A stretch of DNA of 63,407 bases, filler included, from Folioceros fuciformis (lineage: Eukaryota), in the NCBI GenBank assembly GCA_049999805.1. It is 9 parts of 9 records of this genome, joined end to end, with 100 filler letters (N's around TTAATTAATTAA, not from the genome) between each part and the next. Parts side by side here need not be neighbours in the genome. Positions count along the whole stretch, not along the records: positions 58,325 to 60,989 come from JBNGIO010004486.1; positions 61,090 to 63,407 come from JBNGIO010004487.1; 7 more parts are not named here. One strand, 5' to 3'. Below are positions 59,117-63,407 of this stretch, piece after piece. The translations under genes were made by a program, and so were the position numbers. How positions within the stretch are numbered: the first letter of the stretch is position 1; each line of letters opens with the position of its first letter. The notes beneath the pieces are model-generated. The model saw nothing but the letters and a program-made list of their open reading frames with translations. It searched no databases and was not told the origin of the DNA.

Positions 59117-60070
59117 ATGTAACAACTTGTATGGAACTATACTTGTGGACCTTGAAAAATGTGACTATATTGTATATAAGTATGCTTGTGGATCCTAAGA
59201 AATGTGACATACTTGTATGGAAGTACACTTATGAACCCTAAGAAATTGATACACTTGTATGGAAGTATACTTGTAAACTCTAAAACATGTGACAAACCCT
59301 AAGAAATTGATACACTTGCATGGATGTATACTTGTAAACTCTAAAACATGTGACAAACTTGCTTTGAAGTATACTTGTGGACCCTAAGAAATTGATACAC
59401 TTGCACGGAAGTATATTTGTAGACTCTAAGATATGTGACAAATTTGCATGGAAGTATACTCGTGAACCCTAAGCTATGTGACAAACTTGTATGTAAGTAT
59501 ACTTGTAGACCCTAAGAAAGATGACAAATTTGCCTGGAAGTATACTTGTGGACCCTAAGCCATGTGACGAACTTGCATGGANNNNNNNNNNTGGAAGTAT
59601 ACTTGTGGACCCTAAGCCATGTGACGAACTTGCATGGAAGTATATTTGTATACCTTAAGAAATGTGACAAACTTGCATAGAAGTATACTTATTGACCTTA
59701 ATAAATGTGACAAACTTATATGGAAGTATACTTATCGACCCTAAGCCATGTGATGAACTTGCATGGAAATATACTTATAGACCCTAAGAAACATGACAAA
59801 CTTGCATGGAAGTATACTTGTGGACCCTAAGCCATGTGACGAACTTGCATGGAAGTATANNNNNNNNNNNNNNNNNNNNNNNNNNNNNNNNNNNNNNNNN
59901 NNNNNNNNNNNNNNNNNNNNNNNNNNNNNNNNNNNNNNNNNNNNNNNNNNNNNNNNNNNTGCATGGAAGTATACTTGTGGACCCTACGACATGTGGTGAA
60001 CTTGCATGAAAGTATACTTGTTCACCCTAAAAAATGTGACAAACTTGTATAAAAGTATACTTATGGACTC
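59117..60070. repeat. 43-bp satellite array (about 20 visible degenerate units, two gaps)
   Basis: Consensus GACAAACTTGCATGGAAGTATACTTGTGGACCCTAAGCCATGT; 43-bp period between 59795 and 59838. Confidence 0.95.
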
Positions 60071-60989
60071 TTGCAAAGAAGTGTAATTGTGAACCTTGCC
60101 TGGTCCACCTTTCAACTACCCAACCCCAAGGGTTGACGATGACATGCTCACGGATAAAGTCCTTAATGTATTTTGGATGCTCATTAGTATTCTTGTGCAT
60201 CCCTAACTTAATGTGCTCAAGATGCATGATTAGTATTCTTTTGATTTTGTAACCTAATGTATTCAGGTTGCCTATTGGGTTTCTTTTGCTTCATTCATAA
60301 AGCAAAAGAATAGAAAACGTTTATCAATTAAATATATAAAATAAAATAATAATATTAAGAGAGAATAATAACCCACCACTAAGTATTAAGGGAGATGAAG
60401 CACTGCACCTGGATCTTTATAATTTGCGATCGTGGATTCTAAAATCTTCAATAAAATTCTTGGTCTTCTTGCTGGATAAGAAATGGGCGGTAGTGGCGTG
60501 CAGCGGAGTTTTCGAGGAAGCTCACTACATATTTATCTCGGAATTGTCGATTTTCGGACAAGTCACGCGCAAAACCAACGCACGCGGTCCGGATAACTGA
60601 TGCACGCGGTCAAGATCACGGACTGGAGCTGGGTAGCAAATGAGAGAACCGCAGAGAGCGGAATTCTTGCTGTCCCGATCTCTAATAATGACTCCGCAAC
60701 AACGGGGTCTCCAGTCGGTGTCGTAGCCAGACTGTCGCCGTGATCTTCCATCATTCCTGCAGTTCCCGCTCGTGGCCTCTCTCCCCACTTCCGGAGCGAG
60801 GCGGGATTCACGCGAGGATTCTGACTCGCCACCTGCAAGCTGGGATTCGGAGGGATTGCTTGGGGGCGGGACCGCACATGGCCCCGGCCTCCTGGAGGCT
60901 CTGGACGTCGATGACTGTCAACCTCTTTGCCATCCGCGTAGGAAGCGGTCGGGGCGCCGGCTCGGAAACCACGGGCTGAGGGCGCGGGG

Positions 60990-61089
60990 NNNNNNNNNNN
61001 NNNNNNNNNNNNNNNNNNNNNNNNNNNNNNNNNTTAATTAATTAANNNNNNNNNNNNNNNNNNNNNNNNNNNNNNNNNNNNNNNNNNNN
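60990..61089. other. Artificial scaffold linker
   Basis: 44N-TTAATTAATTAA-44N. Confidence 0.98.
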
Positions 61090-62129
61090 CTGGACAGCGG
61101 CGCCTAGGGTGGGGGATGGCTGCACCGCGACGGGAAAGAAGAGATTGGGCAAATCGCCCAGCCACGGGCAATGGCAGCACGGTGGCGAGGAGCGGGGCAA
61201 TGGGGGAACGGGAGCAAGGGTTTAGGGTCTGGGACCAAACTTATACCCACTCTTAGAACCAAACCAACTATTTCCTAGTCAATTAACCTAATTAGCACAA
61301 AGAAAAATAGGAAAAATAACCATAAAATAAAGAAAAATTAGGGAAAATAAATAAATAAATAAAAACCAAGCCACACCACTATTAACCNNNNNNNNNNNNN
61401 NNNNNNNNNNNNNNNNNNNNNNNNNNNNNNNNNNNNNNNNNNNNNNNNNNNNNNNNNNNNNNNNNNNNNNNNNNNNNNNNNNNNNNNTTTGGAGGTTCAC
61501 AAACATTAAATGGAATGTTTAGAGAGCTCGAAAAGAGACAGACTGAATTTCAGCTAGATGAGAAGATTCAGGCCTGTACAAAGCAAACAATATGTAAATT
61601 GGAACCTATGCATAATAAACTTGTGACTTTGAGTTCGTCTGCGCATGGCTTGGTTGTGGTTGAGTTGTTTGCTGTAATTGCATGTGGTTTGGAGGCTGTG
61701 CTGGCTGCTGGTTTTGCAATCAAGGGTTACATTTATTGTGACTCGGATGAAGTTTGTTAGACAATTGCAAAGGCTAGATTGTTTAAGTTGTGAAGGAAGT
61801 ATCTAGAGCAGTTGAGACTTGAGGTCGTTAAACAATCGTTTTCGACTTGGCCAGAAGATGTTAAGCTCATTAGATCAACATAATTTTGGATGGTAGAGGA
61901 GATTGATCTTGTAGTTGTGGGTTGGGGGAGGAAAATGAAAGGGGTAATCAATTATTCTATGAGTTGGTAAGGATTCTAAATTTTATACAAAGACATCAAA
62001 AGAAAGAATGTGGGTATTCTGGTTGAGAATGTGGACTCACATATGGATAGAAGAGTTATGCTAAGGCAAGATTTTGAGAAGATCAAGTATTATTTGGGAG
62101 AACCTAGACGTTTAAGGTTAAAATTCGTC

Positions 62130-63407
62130 TTAAAACTGTAGAACCGGTTTGTTGAAGACCATATCACTTGAGTAGGGTCGAGAATGAGATTGTCGACAAT
62201 GTTGCTGAAGAAGGATGTTGTATGGGCTTGAGGAGAAGACCAGCAGAAGGCGTTTAAGGAAATCAAAAGCATATTGATGAGCAAACCATTGTTCAAGAGA
62301 CCCAATTTTGATAGGAAGTTTAAGTTGTATGCTAATTGGAGCAAACTTGGATTGGGGGCAATGTTGGCGCAAGATGATCACGATGGAGTGGAACATGTGG
62401 TAGCTTATGCAAGTAGGAGTAACAATTCCACTAAGAGCCATTACGCATCATATCATGAGGAATGTTTGGCAGCAGTGTGGGCAGTGTTGCATTTCATATC
62501 ATACTTGTATGGAACACAATTTGAGTTAGTTACTGATATGATGAAATGGTTGATGAAAAGTGAAAAGTTAACAAGCAAGTTGGCAAGATGGGCGCTCATT
62601 TTACAAGAGTATAATTTTTCTATAGAGCATAGAGCAGGAGTAAAGCTTGCTAATGCAGATGTCTTGTCTAGGAATCCGCTAGGAAGTTTGGTGAATGCAA
62701 CAATTGCTAGACAAGATTTTGATAAAGATGTTAGTATGGAATGTAACCTGGTGGTGTTTAGGTGGACACTTAGTGCATACTTGGTGAATCTTGTGGAACC
62801 AGTGCCTTCTTTGACAACAATGGATATTTGGTAGGATCAGTATACTATGGAGCGCATAATGACAGGTGGAAATAAGAAAATGTTGACTATGAAGGAAAAT
62901 GATAGAGTGACAAAGCGAGCTAGAAGATACATGTGGGTTGATGGTAAGTTGTTGTTTAAGGAAAAGATGAAGGTGGTGCCCGGAACCGAAGATANNNNNN
63001 NNNNNNNNNNNNNNNNNNNNNNNNNNNNNNNNNNNNNNNNNNNNNNNNNNNNNNNNNNNNNNNNNNNNNNNNNNNNNNNNNNNNNNNNNNNNNNATGAAT
63101 AATTATTATTGGAAGGGAATGATGGACGTAGTAGAGAAGGTGGTATTTACTTGTGAGGTGTGTGATAGGGTGAAAGCGAGTTTTTGAAGTAAAACTTCTC
63201 AGCTTCATTCGTTGCCTATAGGGGAATGTTTTACAGGTGGATTTTGGATTTGGCTGGAGAGTTACTAGTCACCCGCAAAGGATTCAGATATGTGTTGAGA
63301 ATGATAGAACATTTCTCAAAATGGATAGTTTTGGTTCCCTTAAGAGAAAAGAAGGTGGCGGTAATCAAGGAAGCATTCCTCAATCATGTATTGAGTGTGT
63401 TTGGGGC
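62130..63407 (+). mobile_element. Degenerate Gypsy RT-RNase H-integrase
   Basis: GLGAMLAQ..VVAYASRSNN..ECLAAVWA..F..YLYG..F.LVTD, KLARWALILQEY.F.IEHRAG..NADVLSR, then CEVCDR and IEHFSKWI integrase remnants. Confidence 0.92.

Noticed and set aside
59117-60070. CRISPR array (palindromic ~43-bp repeats)
   Set aside because: Units are contiguous with no unique spacers, no cas genes are present and the context is eukaryotic.
60480-60989. GC-rich stretch with ORFs on both strands
   Set aside because: Possibly a gene end cut by the scaffold boundary, but no motif or strand can be assigned.
62030-62046. TGTGGACTCACAT resembling the giant-LTR terminus
   Set aside because: One base short and the similarity does not clearly extend.

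Overview
Eukaryotic nuclear DNA from a land plant with short GT-AG introns and compact gene spacing (bryophyte/hornwort- or Selaginella-like; the species cannot be fixed from sequence alone). The window is not one locus. Eight artificial 100-bp linkers (44N-TTAATTAATTAA-44N) join nine unrelated scaffolds, so gene order across linkers is meaningless. Scaffold 1 (1-16280) is gene-dense: CCD7, a C2orf69-like gene, plastid RPL34, a PAXX-like gene, ClpF, a possible orphan gene, GEX1 and the 3' end of riboflavin kinase/FHY. Scaffolds 2-5, 8 and 9 are nested transposon material: Copia, Gypsy, LINE, a Sola/DUF7869-like transposase remnant, a CCT5 gene fragment and satellites. Scaffolds 6-7 hold At4g15545/NAIP-like, DUF506, tRNA-Pro(AGG), a VTT/TVP38 membrane protein and an SRR1-like gene. 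The most unusual object is a ~5.05-kb non-coding element (25733-30786) with TGTGGA...TCCACA ends, a 5-bp TSD and a modular GC-rich interior. It occurs as four pieces in the window, each inserted into another transposon, and is best read as a giant solo LTR. No CRISPR array or prokaryotic system is supported. All family assignments come from remembered motifs, not database searches.
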